DNA of 64,000 nt from an uncultured cyanobacterium (GCA_963744145.1 CAVUSO010000001.1:2304001-2368000); one strand, 5' to 3'. Counted from the first letter of the stretch, positions 1 to 12,314 are shown. Translations and numbers: made by a program. Notes: generated by a model from the letters alone, not told the origin.

Positions 1-3000
1 ATGTTTTACAGAAATATTTAAAGGATTTAAAAAATTGTCTCATCCTTTACTCTTTCTCAGAAATTTAAAAAAGATTGAATGGAAAACAGCCCAAATGTCA
101 GGAACTTATGAAAAGCAACTTTTATCAGAGTTTGAACAAGATAGCATTCTTGTTCAAGAGATTAGACTTATTCAACAGATAGAGCAAGAAACTAAAGAGT
201 CAAATTTAAGTAAACAAAAATTATATATTTTTTCAAGGGAAACAAAGTATCCAAAACATTTATATAGCATTGCATATCGTGTTACTGAAAATAATCAGGT
301 TTTATATGATCAAGAGCTACCTGCATATTGCTTTTTTGCTACCAAAGAAATAACCAAGTTAAAATTTTTTATACAAGCACCTTTCTTACTGACTGATAGT
401 AGAGAAGGGATTAAGCAAGGAGAAAAATGGAATAAGGATCTGATTGATTTGATAGCAACCTTATCTGCTGATAGTTTAAAAATCTGTAAAAATATAGGAT
501 TAATAAATGATAATTTTTTTAATGTCTTACCAATAAATCACATTGACTTTTTAAATAACTTCATAAAAAATCAATTCAAACCAATCTATGATAGAGTTTT
601 AGAAAAATTAAAAATAGATGAACTATTACCCGTTGATAATGGTAAAAGTTTTACTACAAGCCAAAATGCTTATTTGGGAAGTGGAAAGAAATTAATTGAA
701 TTACTAAATATGGAATCGGAAAATGAGATTAAAGTCCTAACCATTTTGACAAACAATAATAATGCAAAATGGGTATTTTCAACTATTACGGATAGTCAGA
801 GAAACTTATGGAATTATATTAAAACTAATTTAGTAAAGGATGTAATTGACTCTGAAAAATTTGCTAACAAGATTACCAAAGAGTTTATAGAAAAACAAAC
901 TGATCTTTGGTTAATAGAGTTCTATTCATTTATTTTAGATGTTCCTAGATTGTGGAAGAAAAGTCGCTTCACTTTTAATAATGATGAACCTATTTTAAGA
1001 AAAAAAGAGATCATTAGTCTAGAAGGAAAAAATAAAAATATTGTAGCCGCTTTTGATTTAGATGATAATCCTTTAGTTTTTTTACCTACATCTCTAAAAT
1101 CAACATATCCAACTGTAAAGAAATGCTTTATTAGTAATCCTAGATCTCTACAATTTCTCAAGGAGTTAGGAATTGATAAGCCAAATGAAAAAGATGAGAT
1201 TTACCAAAAAATAATCCCAAAATATGAAAAAAATAATCTCCTAACTATGGATGCTTTTGAAAAGCAAAATGATGTATTAATAGATTTTGAAAAAATGTTA
1301 ATATACTCGCGAAATTGCCCATCTAGTGAAAAAGAAAGTTTTATTGCAAGATTAAAAAAAATTTCTTTTTGTTTAGGTAATGATAGTTGTCTGCATCAGC
1401 CAAACAGTCTTTATTTATCAAATAATAAATTGGAGCATTATTTTGAAGGTTATAAAAATGTATTATGGTTCAATAAAACTTTTTATAAATCTATTTATGA
1501 AAAATATGGCAATGAAACAGTCAATAAATTTTTAAAAGAAGTAGGAGTTGAGGATAAACCTAGAATTATCAGAATCAACGATGTTTTAATAGATAAGCAA
1601 TTACTCCAAAATATAGGCTTTTCTGATTATAATACCTATAGCTTCTCTATTGTTGATTATAATTTAGAAGGCTTAGACAATTTATTGGATCATGTTAATA
1701 AAGATAAATCTTTATTTATTTGGAATTACTTGATAGAACTCTTAAATAATTTTCCTTATTACTATGTTTTAGATGGAAGTTTAAATTTTAATTATAAAAG
1801 AAAGCCTCAGAAATATAACTTTGCATCGATTTATTTTTTAAGAAAGCTCAGGAATACTGCTTGGATTTACGACAAAAATGGTATTATTTCTAAACCTTCA
1901 GAAATATGTTTAAAAAATTTAGCAGAAGAATATGATACTAGCAATAGTAAGAGTTTAATTAGTAAACTAGAATTTAAACTTCCAGATGCTTCTATAAAAG
2001 ATACATTAGAAGATAAGATTCGTCAAAAATTCCCTAATATTACTGATGAGAAAATAATTCAAGCTTTAGAAAAGTATATTAATTCTCAAAATTATTCTAG
2101 CAATACTAATTCAAAATCTGATCATGCAGAATCCAACAATAAAGAAACTTCTTTACAAAAGCTTAGTCGAGAGCTTGCTGAGGGTGCTAGTAAGAAATTT
2201 ACAGCAGATGTCTCAAATTTATCCAAATTAAATCAAACTGAAGCAGTACAGACTGAAGAAGATGATGATGACTTTTCACCAAAAACCAGAGTAATAGAAG
2301 AACAAGTACAAAAGCTTAGAGATAAGTTAGAATCTGAAATTGCTGAACTTAATAGGAAAGAAGAACTTAGAAATATTATTGCTAATTCTGAAAAATATTC
2401 TTTTGCTTGGTTTAAAGCATTGCTAGCTTTAGAGTATGAGAGTACCGTTGAAAATCCAATTAGGAAAAATCCAATTCAAGTAAAATTTAAGAAAGTTGAA
2501 TGGGATAGAGAATCAAAGGATATTCTTATTCTTTCTGAAACAGGCTACATTCCATACAGTATAGAGGATAATGGAGAGCTATCGCTGATTTTAAATTTTA
2601 AAAATGATCGTAAAACTATTTTGATTGAAGTAGTTAGCCCTCAAAAAAACATCCTAAAAGTAAAACTTAAATCTCGTGAGGATGTCCAAAATATAGAACT
2701 TTCTGAAGTTGAAAATGCAGTAATTGAAGTTAAAAATCCAGATTTTATTTTAGAAAAGCTTAAAAATGGTTTTAATCAATTTAATTTTTCTGATGATTAT
2801 AACTTTCAGAAAAACTTAACCAATCAGATAAAATTTATATTTGGCCCTCCGGGTACAGGAAAAACAACTTATTTAGCTACTCAAGAAATTATTCCAATGA
2901 TAAAAGAAAAAAAGACCAAAATATTGGTACTTACTCCTACCAATAAAGCTGGTGATGTTTTAGTAGAAAAAATCATCGAAGAGTGTGATAAAGATAATGA

Positions 3001-3795
3001 TCCTTCATACTATAATTGGTTATTCAGATATGGAATTACTCATAGTTCAGAATCTAGAAAACACGGTATTAGCTAAAAGTAAGTATTTACCAAAGAGTAT
3101 TTTTAGTGAGGTTGTACTTGTAACGACAATTGCTCGCTTTCCTTATGATAACTTCAAAGTAGAAACTTATAAAGATCAAGACTGGGAGTTTAAAATCAAA
3201 GATTTTGATTGGGACTATATTATATTTGATGAAGCTTCAATGATTAGTTTGGCAAGTATTGTCTACGTCCTTTGCTATGTCACAAATCGCAACCCCAATT
3301 GTCAATTTATTGTTGGAGGTGATCCATTTCAAATTAACCCTGTTATTCAAATTGACCAAGATGGTTGGAAAGATGGAAATATTTATACTCTGGTTGGTCT
3401 TGATCGAGAAGATAGCTTTACACAACCGCAAACAACACCTCATAATTTTGAAATCGTGAAGTTGCTAACGCAATACAGGAGTATTTTACAGCTAGGTACT
3501 TTATTTAGTGAGTTTAGCTATAATGGAGTTTTGCAGCACAATAGATCAAATGCTGACATTAAATCTATTGCAGTAAAGAATCTACCTCTCAAACCAATAA
3601 CAATTATCAATTTTAAAGTCAATCAGTTTGAGAGTATTTATAAACCGCGCCGAATCAAAGGTAGTCCTTATCAAATTTATTCAGCCATATTAACGATAGA
3701 ATTAGTTAAATATATTGTTGAAAACATTACTTTTAATAAAGATCTTCTGTATAAGATAGGTATTATTTGTCCCTATCGCATACAGCAAAGCATTG

Positions 3796-5250
3796 CAGGG
3801 TAAGAGCATCTCAATTAGGCTTGACACAAGGATTAAGAAGGATCTAATGTAGACTCAGAGAAACAAGAAAGGAGGATTTGGAGCATATAATTATTATCCA
3901 TAGCAGCGCGTTTACTTTTCTGGCGTAAACTGCGTTTGTAAGTTGACTCGCGATTAAGAGCGTTGAGAGCTAATCGTCTGAGCAGAGAAAAGTTACGAGG
4001 ACTGTGAAAAGAACGAATGCGACAGCTATCTTCAAAAAAAGTACAATCTAAAGTCCAGTGTGCAGAATTTTCGATTTCCCAATGTTGACGAATAGCTCGA
4101 CCTATGAATTCAGCATTGTTGTCTAAAGAAGTAAGATAGTATTGAGTCTCGCAAGTAGTTTTGTTCCAAAGATGACGGATACGATGAATGATGACAATAC
4201 TTTTTAAACCTGCCCATAATTTGGGTTGGTAAAGGTCAGGAATGGCCGTAATAGGGAGCACCGAAACTTCACGAATTTCCACCCGATGATGCCCTTTCTC
4301 AATCCGTTTGTCATGAGTGAAATCAATTCCTGAAAAATTATTTTTCTGTGCAGTTTGGAAGAATTGTTGTACCTGATTATGTAAAGTTGGATGATTGGCT
4401 TTAAGTGTCAGAATATAATCAGCTTTTTTATCAATAATCTTTTGAGCAATTTCGGTTTGGGTCCCCATCGCATCAATAGTAATAATTGAGCCAGCGATAT
4501 CAAGTAACTCTAGTAATGCTGGAATAGCTGTAATTTCATTGGATTTATCTTGGACTTTCATTTGTGCTAAAACTAATCGTTGTTCACTAGCCCACGCACT
4601 AATCAAATGTAATGCTGATTGTCCTTGATTTCGGTCATAGGAACCTCTGACAGTCTTCCCATCTATGGCAATTACTTCTCCTCCCATTTGAGTAACTAAG
4701 GTGTTTACCCAAGCTTGAAAACATTGCTCCAATTGGTTGGGGTTAATACTTTCAAATACTCGACGAAAGGTATCATCTGAGGGAATACCATTGGGTAATT
4801 CTAAAAACTCTTCTAGCCAAATTTGTTTACTAATCCCATAATTCTCAATGTCTTCCCAGCCTTGTGCTCCAGCTATTATGGCCAGAATTGCCATCACTAA
4901 AATGTCTATCAATAAGTGTTTTTTTGTTCGGTTTACTCTCGGGTCTTCAACATCTTCAAAATGCTTGACTAAACTCTGTTGTATTTCCATCAAGTCAGCT
5001 ACTACTTGGTTTTTCCTAGCAGAATGGGAGTTTTGTTTAGCATTAGCTATATTGATATCGAACCCTTGAGACATTTGAATATTCCTGGAGATTATGAGTT
5101 GGACGGTATAGTTTTTCACCTACCACTCTCTATGCTCTTTTGTCAACTATTTTCTCTACCAGATTTGTGATGTTCTATCTCGATGGCTATATTTCATATT
5201 TGATGAAAATATTCTGTATCCTCGGTGACAAAATTAGATGCGCTAACCCG
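3796..5250 (-). mobile_element. ISAs1-family insertion sequence with 10-bp target-site duplication CAAAGCATTG
   Basis: Left end CAGGGTAAGAGCATCTCAATT and imperfect inverted right end AATTAGATGCGCTAACCCG. The TSD lies at 3786-3795 and 5251-5260. Confidence 0.93.
3833..5119 (-). CDS. ISAs1-family transposase (true start probably MSQGF, about 5074)
   Basis: DPRV..KH, PSDDTFRRVF, IAIDGKT, KSNEITAIP, DAMGTQ, HWEIENSAHWTLD motifs. Confidence 0.95.
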   Translation of the reverse strand: MKNYTVQLIISRNIQMSQGFDINIANAKQNSHSARKNQVVADLMEIQQSLVKHFEDVEDPRVNRTKKHLLIDILVMAILAIIAGAQGWEDIENYGISKQIWLEEFLELPNGIPSDDTFRRVFESINPNQLEQCFQAWVNTLVTQMGGEVIAIDGKTVRGSYDRNQGQSALHLISAWASEQRLVLAQMKVQDKSNEITAIPALLELLDIAGSIITIDAMGTQTEIAQKIIDKKADYILTLKANHPTLHNQVQQFFQTAQKNNFSGIDFTHDKRIEKGHHRVEIREVSVLPITAIPDLYQPKLWAGLKSIVIIHRIRHLWNKTTCETQYYLTSLDNNAEFIGRAIRQHWEIENSAHWTLDCTFFEDSCRIRSFHSPRNFSLLRRLALNALNRESTYKRSLRQKSKRAAMDNNYMLQILLSCFSESTLDPS

Positions 5251-5752
5251 CAAAGCATTGTAGATAAGCTAATTTCAAAATTTTCAAAGGGAAATAATAT
5301 TGATATAATAACAGAAACAATTCATGGCTTACAAGGGGATGAGTGTGATATGATTATCAATTTGCTGAATCCTCCTCCTTATATTGGTGAAAATGAAAAT
5401 ATTTTTCTCAACAAAAAAAACATCCTTAATGTATCTATTAGTAGGGCTAAAGATTATCTAATTTTATTACTTCCTTACGATGATACTAGACATATAGCAA
5501 CTCAAAAGCTTTTTCACATTGAAAAAATTAAAGACCTGATTTTTAAACATAGCAGTATAGCTCATAACTGCCAACAATTTTCTAGTGATGAAATAGAAAC
5601 AATAATTTTTGAAAAAAAGGGAATGATTGAAGAATTTTCATTTCCTACAAGTCATCAGAGCGTCAATGTATATGCGAATCCTGATAAAAAATATGAAATT
5701 AGATATGATGAGAATGCTATTGATATACAACTTAGATTAGGTCCTTAGTCTA

Positions 5753-6903
5753 ATACCAATTCTCTAAATACCGACTACAGATAGTGCCTCTAATATATAG
5801 GCTCGTCCCGTAATTGAGGCAATTACTTTTGAATTCATCTTTTCTAGTTCTTTACTAATTAAAAGTCTTAATTCATCTAAGTTTCTTGGTAATTCCCATC
5901 TCAATCCCTTTTTGAGATACTGCCATACCTGTTCGATTGGATTTGATTCAGGACAATGGGATGGTTGAAACATTAAAATAACGTTTTTAGGAATTACCAA
6001 CTTTTTAGCTTTATGAAAACCACCATTGTCTAACTGAATGATCAAAATACTATCCGAAAAATGCGCGGCTACTAAGTCTAAAAATATCTGAAAGCATTGA
6101 CTATTGAGATGAGTAAACTCGTAAAAGAAATGTTCCCCTGTCTTTGGCTCTACTACGCCATAAATATAAGTCGCTTGAAATTTCCACTGCACTTTACCAA
6201 TTGGTTTTACCCCACGAATGGTAATTTTTCTCCCACTAATCGTTTTCATGCCGATCCGCGTTTCATCTTGACATAAAAATCTGACTTTATCTCCTAAACT
6301 CATTACTGTTATGGCAAACCAACTCAGCATAGCTAGGTCCTCTGCCAAGTGATTTCTAAAATTATCTAACTTTTTTTTTGACTGTTCTGTACTTTTCGGC
6401 CTGGCGATTTTTGGTGAGGCTTTTAGTTTATAATGCACTAATTGATGAACGGTTTTATATTTAGCTTCTATCCCAAGGGTGGATGATAGCCATTGACAAA
6501 TTTCCCCATAACTATTAAATCCTTCCTCTTCATTTAGTCGTTTTTCTAAACTTTTTACCGCCCAGTCAGGAATTTTTCTCGGTCGGTCCTGTACCCACTT
6601 TTTTCCCCAGATATTTGGCCAATCCTCCTTGACGGTATTTGGCTAACCAATCTTGAACGGTAACTCGATTTCTGCCCAAGATTTCAGCAACTTCTGTGAC
6701 TGTTTTAGCTTTGTTTATCTTGAGTAGATATAATGCTTGTAATCGTTCTTTTCCTGGACCAGTTTTTTCCACTGCGAGCAATTTCTTCAGCTCGGCTTCA
6801 CTTTCCTTAATGTCTAGGTGATAAACTCCTGCCATATTTTTCCTTCAACTCTACTCAAATTATACTCTACACTATCTGTAGTCAAAGTTGCAAGAATTGG
6901 TAT
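5753..6903 (-). mobile_element. IS630-family element; transposase (6835-5764) carries a +1 frameshift near 6585
   Basis: TIR core TACCAATTCT at both ends in a TA context. N-terminal HTH plus QDETRIG, QLDNGGFH and PESNPIEQVW. Removing one C gives a continuous ...GRPRKIPDWAVK... frame. Confidence 0.88.
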
Positions 6904-7031
6904 AAGTCAATATCATCGGGATATTTCGCTTCTATGCCCAGCAAATTTAATCGTTGTCAAGCTAAATTAGAAAAGAGGGAATAACTCGCGATCGCTATGG
7001 GTACAACTTTTTGACTTTTTGCCCTCTATTA

Positions 7032-7724
7032 TTAGTCATCAACTAGCATGGCCAACTTTTCCAGTCTTTGCCATAACAAGTTGGTGCGACCTGAATTTCT
7101 AGCAACGGGCGAAAGGAAAGCTGGTCCAATTTCCCACAGATTTTCAAGCTCGGCTTGAAACCATCTTGATAAAAATGCTTTGACTTCTCCATCAGCTTGC
7201 TGCACTTCCTCAAACAAACTAAAACGTCCGTCGAGTACTGCCACGATGTCTTCAATATCGGAACTAAAATAAAAGTTACCTCCACCTCTATTTGTGAAAG
7301 CTTCTATTTTGGAAGCAAGCAAATAAGGCGTTGAAAAAATTAAAATTTGCCGACCACTTGGAAGGTGGTAGCGAATAGAATTAGCAAAACCAGGTCTGTA
7401 CCAACGGTTGGAAAAACCCAGCACCGATTCATCGCATGGCATCACATCAATGGAAATTTTCTCGTAGCGCCAGCGACATAGTGGTGCGCCTGATTCTGTA
7501 CTTTCTTGAAGCCCAAAGGTTCGCAACAAGTCTGATAGTCGGTAGTATTCAGCCCTAGATGTAATTTCGACAACACAATCAACATCATCGGTAGGTCGAA
7601 TGTCGGGAGCTGCAATTTCATCCAGGTAAAGCGATATGGTTGCTCCTCCGGTAAAGACGATGGTAATGGGTACTTGAGAAAGTACCCTAGCAACTGTTTC
7701 CAGCATGAATATCTGCGGATTCAT
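7032..7724 (-). CDS. Nucleotidyltransferase-fold protein (AbiEii-like toxin candidate)
   Basis: VFTGGAT...RPTDDVD, K...RG...SDIEDI motifs; ATGA overlap with the upstream HTH gene. Confidence 0.7.
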   Translation of the reverse strand: MNPQIFMLETVARVLSQVPITIVFTGGATISLYLDEIAAPDIRPTDDVDCVVEITSRAEYYRLSDLLRTFGLQESTESGAPLCRWRYEKISIDVMPCDESVLGFSNRWYRPGFANSIRYHLPSGRQILIFSTPYLLASKIEAFTNRGGGNFYFSSDIEDIVAVLDGRFSLFEEVQQADGEVKAFLSRWFQAELENLWEIGPAFLSPVARNSGRTNLLWQRLEKLAMLVDD

Positions 7725-8230
7725 GGAGTGACAATCCTGTTTTCAAGCTCGCTCACCGCCAAACGTTGCTCCCGCACCCGACCTACCCTCAACGCATCAA
7801 TTAGACTTAACAAGGCGTAGAGTTCTGGATCATTCTTGGCAGCTTGAGGGACACAACGGTACAGAGGTGCGATCGCTTGCCCTCTCACAACACCTTGAGG
7901 GTCTGGCCAGACATAAACCTCAGAATTTGAGGTAACCAGCTGGCTTTTTAAAGGTTCAGCAGAATGCGCCGTTGGGAGTCCTCGACTTAATGGGCCGGGT
8001 GCGGTGTAGAATACATAGCGCAGCCCGTGAACCAAAAATTCTAGTAGTGCTTGCTTCAAAATCCTCCGATTCTCAGCATCATAAAGACCTGCTGCTTCAC
8101 ATCGAGCTAGAGCAGCATGAACTTCTGATGTACTCATGCCCAAGCTTTGAGCGAGGGTGCTGTAGGTCCATCTAGCTGAAGGCCAACTGTGGACTTTGAG
8201 GATGGCAACGATATCTTGGGGTTTTAGCAT
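7721..8230 (-). CDS. HTH-domain protein, partner of the nucleotidyltransferase (AbiEi-like antitoxin candidate)
   Basis: MLKPQDI...LAQSLGMSTSEVHAALAR helix-turn-helix; coupled to the downstream gene. Confidence 0.65.
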   Translation of the reverse strand: MLKPQDIVAILKVHSWPSARWTYSTLAQSLGMSTSEVHAALARCEAAGLYDAENRRILKQALLEFLVHGLRYVFYTAPGPLSRGLPTAHSAEPLKSQLVTSNSEVYVWPDPQGVVRGQAIAPLYRCVPQAAKNDPELYALLSLIDALRVGRVREQRLAVSELENRIVTP

Positions 8231-8506
8231 CGGTCGGCGGCGATCGCTTTTATTTTCCTTTATTCTACATTCGCGAATAGGGAATAATCAAAATATGGCT
8301 CTAATCCTTAAGAAAAACTAATTATTTCTCAGCTTATCTTGACTTATTGATAAAAAACAGGTATTCTCTCATTTAAGTAAGTGAGAGATTTACTTGGCTG
8401 ACCCGATCGCCTTTTCAGATGGGGCTTTTCTCAAACAAGTTTCTTAGTCCACTCCACTCCTGTAAGTAAGGATTCTTGTGCCTTGGAAACTTTTGCAAGA
8501 GGTTTA

Positions 8507-9005
8507 TTATGAATCTGAGAAAATACTATTAAATATAGAGATAGAAATTCTAAAATTAATATCTAATAGTTTCTGATAAAACTCATCCAAATCAGTTATC
8601 TCAATTTTACCAGATTGGGTTAAATTTTTAATAATTGCTAAAATTCCCTTAACATTTAATCCTAAATTGCTAGCTGCTTTCCGTGCTACTAAATCATCCA
8701 AAATTACATCCATCAGCTTGCAATTCTGTGGCTAGAGCTATTGTCTCTGATTCTCCTAAACCTAAGCTGAAAGTAAGGTGATTAAACAAAGAACCTAAAT
8801 TGGTAGTTGTGACAATAAGTTTTTTATTAGTAATTAGTGGCACCAGTGCCGAATTAATTTCATCGCTTTTAGCGCGAATTTCATGCAAAACTGATTGGGG
8901 TAAATAAACTTGATCATTTGTTTCTAAAAATAACTCTAAAAACTGTAGACGAATTAGAAAAATTAGTGGTGATGAATTAATAACTATTTTCACCATTCTT
9001 ACCAC
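8507..9005 (-). pseudogene. PIN-domain DUF3368-family toxin, +1 frameshift near 8712
   Basis: IVINSSPLI, LGLGESETIALA in one frame and VILDDLVARKAA in the next. Confidence 0.75.
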
Positions 9006-9235
9006 TCCTTTTCCTGTTCTACATCTTCTTGAGAAAGATCAGAAAAATCAATTCCCAATAAATCAAAAATTTGTAATAATTCTTCAGAGTCAATATTCAT
9101 CATCTCAGCAGCTTTTCTCAAACTAATCAGCCTGGCGGTCAATGCTCCTAAAATAAATAAGAACTGTTCTTTTAGTTCTCGCTTAGTAAAGATTGGCAAT
9201 GTAGACGCTATATTTTGGATTGTTGTAGTTGTCAT
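8999..9235 (-). CDS. UPF0175-like antitoxin
   Basis: ISLRKAAEMMNI..E motif, directly upstream of the DUF3368 gene. Confidence 0.7.
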   Translation of the reverse strand: MTTTTIQNIASTLPIFTKRELKEQFLFILGALTARLISLRKAAEMMNIDSEELLQIFDLLGIDFSDLSQEDVEQEKEW

Positions 9236-9326
9236 TGTTATTTGCCTTAAGAGTTTTAAACCATTCAAAAAATTCTCAATCTAGTCGGTTGTCTACTACA
9301 TATATAATATCCCTGTCTGTTAAAGT

Positions 9327-9656
9327 TCATAGAGTAACGATCCTGTTTTCAAACTCGCTCACCGCCAAACGTTGCTCCCGCACCCGACCTACCCTCAACG
9401 CATCAATTAGACTTAATGGGCCGGGTGTGGTGTAGAATACATAGCGCAACCCGTGAACCAAAAATTCTAGTAGTGCTTGCTTCAAAATCCTCCGATTCTC
9501 AGCATTATAAAGACCTGCTGCTTCACATCGAGCTAGAGCAGCATGAACTTCTGATGTACTCATGCCCAAGCTTTGAGCGAGGGTGCTGTAGGTCCATCTA
9601 GCTGAGGGCCAACTGTGGACTTTGAGGATGGCAACGATATCTTGGGGTTTTAGCAT
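9327..9656 (-). pseudogene. Internally deleted duplicate of the HTH gene at 7721-8230
   Basis: Near-identical DNA lacking 180 bp between the two GACTTAA copies (7804-7810 and 7984-7990 in the full gene). Confidence 0.9.
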
Positions 9657-9664
9657 CGGTCGGC

Positions 9665-9861
9665 GGCGAAGCATGAGGGCAAGTTAGCGATCGCTAGCAC
9701 GGAAAATTTATTACCCTCATGCTTCACCCTTTGCCCTGATTGTCTTAAACTAACTATATCAAAAAATGAGAAAGCATCAAACAATGAAAAAGAAGGGCGA
9801 AGCATTCCGGGAATAAATCACTCGTTGTAACCAATAACTGATCTGCCGGAATGCTTCGCCC
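9665..9861. repeat. Two related REP-like hairpin elements (GGCGAAGCAT...ATGCTTC[A/G]CC)
   Basis: 9665-9682 pairs with 9711-9728 (16/18). 9795-9810 pairs with 9846-9861 as a perfect 16-bp inverted repeat. Confidence 0.75.
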
Positions 9862-9917
9862 CTACTACAAAACCATTCACATTATGTTAATTTTGTCAAC
9901 GAGCAACACAGAAATTT

Positions 9918-12314
9918 TTATTGTGTTCCTTCACTTAAATCAAGCAGTGGTTTTAATAAGTTGCGTTCTTCGATCGGAAGTTCTAGTAAGATACGGCGAT
10001 CGCTTTTACTTTCCCGATACCTAACAGCTATATTGAGAAAACGGATAGGGATTTGGAATTCGGAGCGATCGCTTGTTAGTTTCTGCCATACTTCTAACCA
10101 CGTTCTTACTGCTTTATCGTTGACTACTTCTGACATTAACATGGGGATACTTGCTACAAGTCCCTGTCCTAATGTGGAGATAACTTTGTAACGCTCATAA
10201 AGCGATATCAGTGTTTTAATTAGAGTTTTCCATATCTCTCTATCTTGCTCAAAATTGAACAGATTGTTGAGAATTGCTTTGGTGTTGTCGATGTTGAGAA
10301 CATCTACATCTGCAAAATAACTGAGTGCCTTTTCTAAAGCTAGGATACCTTCATCCCAACGACTTAGTACTAGTAAACACCCAGCACGGTTAAGGAAAAC
10401 ATACCGATCTCGATAACCAAGATTTATTGCTTTTTCAAGAGATATTAATGCTTGTTCATAGCGTCCGAGCTGACATAACACCCAGGCTCGATTATTCCAA
10501 ATAGTTGCGTAATAAGGTGGAAATTCTTCGGAAAATTGATCTTCAAGTTCAATTACTTTGTTGAAGGACTCTAAAGATTCCTCATAACGCCCTAATTTGA
10601 CAAGTAAATAGCCTCGTTCCAACCAAACTTCTGTTTCATTCGGGTTTAACTCAACAACCTTTTGATAACATTCCCAAGCTTCCTCATTTCGTCCTAGGTT
10701 TACTAAGATTTTGCCCATTTGAAACCAGACTAAAGCTTCTTGGGGATCGAGTTCAATTACCTTAGTAATAAATTTTAATGCTTCTTCATAGCGCTCCAGA
10801 TCGACTGATATAAGAATTTGGCCATACCAAGCCCATATATTTTTTGCATCCATCTCAATTGCTTTGTCAAGAGACACTTGTGCTTCCTTGCAATGTCCAA
10901 GAATTTTTAAGCAGTATCCCTGTAATATCCATTCCAACGTTTGACCGCGAAATTTTACCAATTTTTGGGTTACTTCCAGAGCCTGAATAAAATCGTTTTT
11001 ATGCAAGTAATTTTCATACTCATATAAATAGGCCATTACCCGTGGATCTTCTCCATCTTCTTTTGCAATTTCTAATGCTTTCAGCAGATATTCTCGCTCT
11101 AGTACGTCATCTGGTAACACTTCTAATCGCTGTTGCAACTCTGTTTGCGAATACCAGCATCGCAAAAAGTCTACAAATAAGCGAATTGGCTCACGTCGCT
11201 GCTTCTTAACATCCATACAAAAGCGCATCAGTGGCTCTTTCAGCTCATAATAAGACTCGCCTCCAATTGATTCAGCATAAACATAACCCATCTCTCGTAA
11301 ATTCTTTAACTGACTAGATGCTGTTTGGTGAGTGATAAAACAACATTGGGCAATTTCTTTGACAGTAACAGCATAGCGACGATCACACAAAAAGTCCACA
11401 ATTCCTCGCTGCTGAGGTGAAAGATGCACCATCCTTGACTGATAATAAGGTGTCAAATTATCCAGTGTTCGCATAAATGGTTCTACCAGTTCATCTAGCA
11501 ACTCGCGGGTTAGGAATTGGGAGAAAATAACATAGACGCGGGGGTTGCCCCCAGCTAGGTGATGAACTGCTTTAATTCGAGCTTGTCCAGTTGGAGTTTG
11601 AATGAAAGATTCTAATTCGCGATCGCTTTCTAATTTAGCTACATTTATCAATAGTTGGGTGGCATCTTCTGGTGTCAAATCCTTAAGCTCACGGATGCGA
11701 AAAAAGCCATAAAAGGGATTTTTTCGCAGTTTTACCCCATTAAACAAACTTGGCGATGTTGCCACAATTGTAAAAAAATCATTCTGTTGCAAAAAAGCAC
11801 GGAATCGTTTCTGACCAGACTCTCCTAATCCAGCAAATACCTCATCTAAGTTTTCTATAAGTAGGAGTAAAGTACGATTTTCAATAAATTCTTTAAGTAA
11901 GTCTGCGGCTGTATATTCAGCAGTCTCTGGCGATTGATAAAGCGCCTCTACCTTTTGCTTCAGCTTGGTATTATATTCTTCTGGATATTCTTTCTCGATC
12001 GCCGCAAAAATCCTTAACAACAACTTTAAAAATGACGTGATACTCCATTCTTCCTCTCGTAACCAGGCAATAAGAAGGCGATCACGCAAATCCTCCATTT
12101 TCGATATGCGGTGATAAATTAGTGAAACTAGATGGGTTTTGCCAATTCCACGGGGACCAATGAGTAGGGTGTAATGCTTTGCTGGTGTAATCGCACTGTC
12201 CCGAATCAGTTCAACCAGATGCTGTGCTAGCTGTTGACGCTGGACAAAAATTCCTTCCAACACTTCTGGTGTCATTGAACTAGGAGTGAAGCGAGAAATA
12301 AAAGTTGCTTTCAT
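9918..12314 (-). CDS. P-loop ATPase (STAND/AAA-like) + wHTH + TPR-repeat protein
   Basis: GPRGIGKT, LLLIENLD, GGNPR, HTH (VKEIAQ...TASSQLKNL) and several TPRs. ATG 12314 overlaps the upstream stop (ATGA). Confidence 0.85.
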   Translation of the reverse strand: MKATFISRFTPSSMTPEVLEGIFVQRQQLAQHLVELIRDSAITPAKHYTLLIGPRGIGKTHLVSLIYHRISKMEDLRDRLLIAWLREEEWSITSFLKLLLRIFAAIEKEYPEEYNTKLKQKVEALYQSPETAEYTAADLLKEFIENRTLLLLIENLDEVFAGLGESGQKRFRAFLQQNDFFTIVATSPSLFNGVKLRKNPFYGFFRIRELKDLTPEDATQLLINVAKLESDRELESFIQTPTGQARIKAVHHLAGGNPRVYVIFSQFLTRELLDELVEPFMRTLDNLTPYYQSRMVHLSPQQRGIVDFLCDRRYAVTVKEIAQCCFITHQTASSQLKNLREMGYVYAESIGGESYYELKEPLMRFCMDVKKQRREPIRLFVDFLRCWYSQTELQQRLEVLPDDVLEREYLLKALEIAKEDGEDPRVMAYLYEYENYLHKNDFIQALEVTQKLVKFRGQTLEWILQGYCLKILGHCKEAQVSLDKAIEMDAKNIWAWYGQILISVDLERYEEALKFITKVIELDPQEALVWFQMGKILVNLGRNEEAWECYQKVVELNPNETEVWLERGYLLVKLGRYEESLESFNKVIELEDQFSEEFPPYYATIWNNRAWVLCQLGRYEQALISLEKAINLGYRDRYVFLNRAGCLLVLSRWDEGILALEKALSYFADVDVLNIDNTKAILNNLFNFEQDREIWKTLIKTLISLYERYKVISTLGQGLVASIPMLMSEVVNDKAVRTWLEVWQKLTSDRSEFQIPIRFLNIAVRYRESKSDRRILLELPIEERNLLKPLLDLSEGTQ

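Larger units (their letters stand above)
2..5748 (+). pseudogene. Large sacsin-like (GHKL/HSP90-type) ATPase region fused to a C-terminal SF1 (DNA2/NAM7-like) helicase; 5' end lies outside the window; +1 frameshift near 3050 and interrupted by ISAs1 at 3796-5250
   Basis: The frame is open from base 2. LLFLRNLKKIEW and YCFFAT...FFIQAPFLLTDSRE are sacsin/NOV-like. Helicase motifs: GPPGTGKT, IIFDEASM, GDPFQINPV, QYRS, IGIICPY, TIHGLQGDECD, NVSISRAK. Removing the IS and one TSD copy restores YRIQQSIVDKLISKF. Confidence 0.8.
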
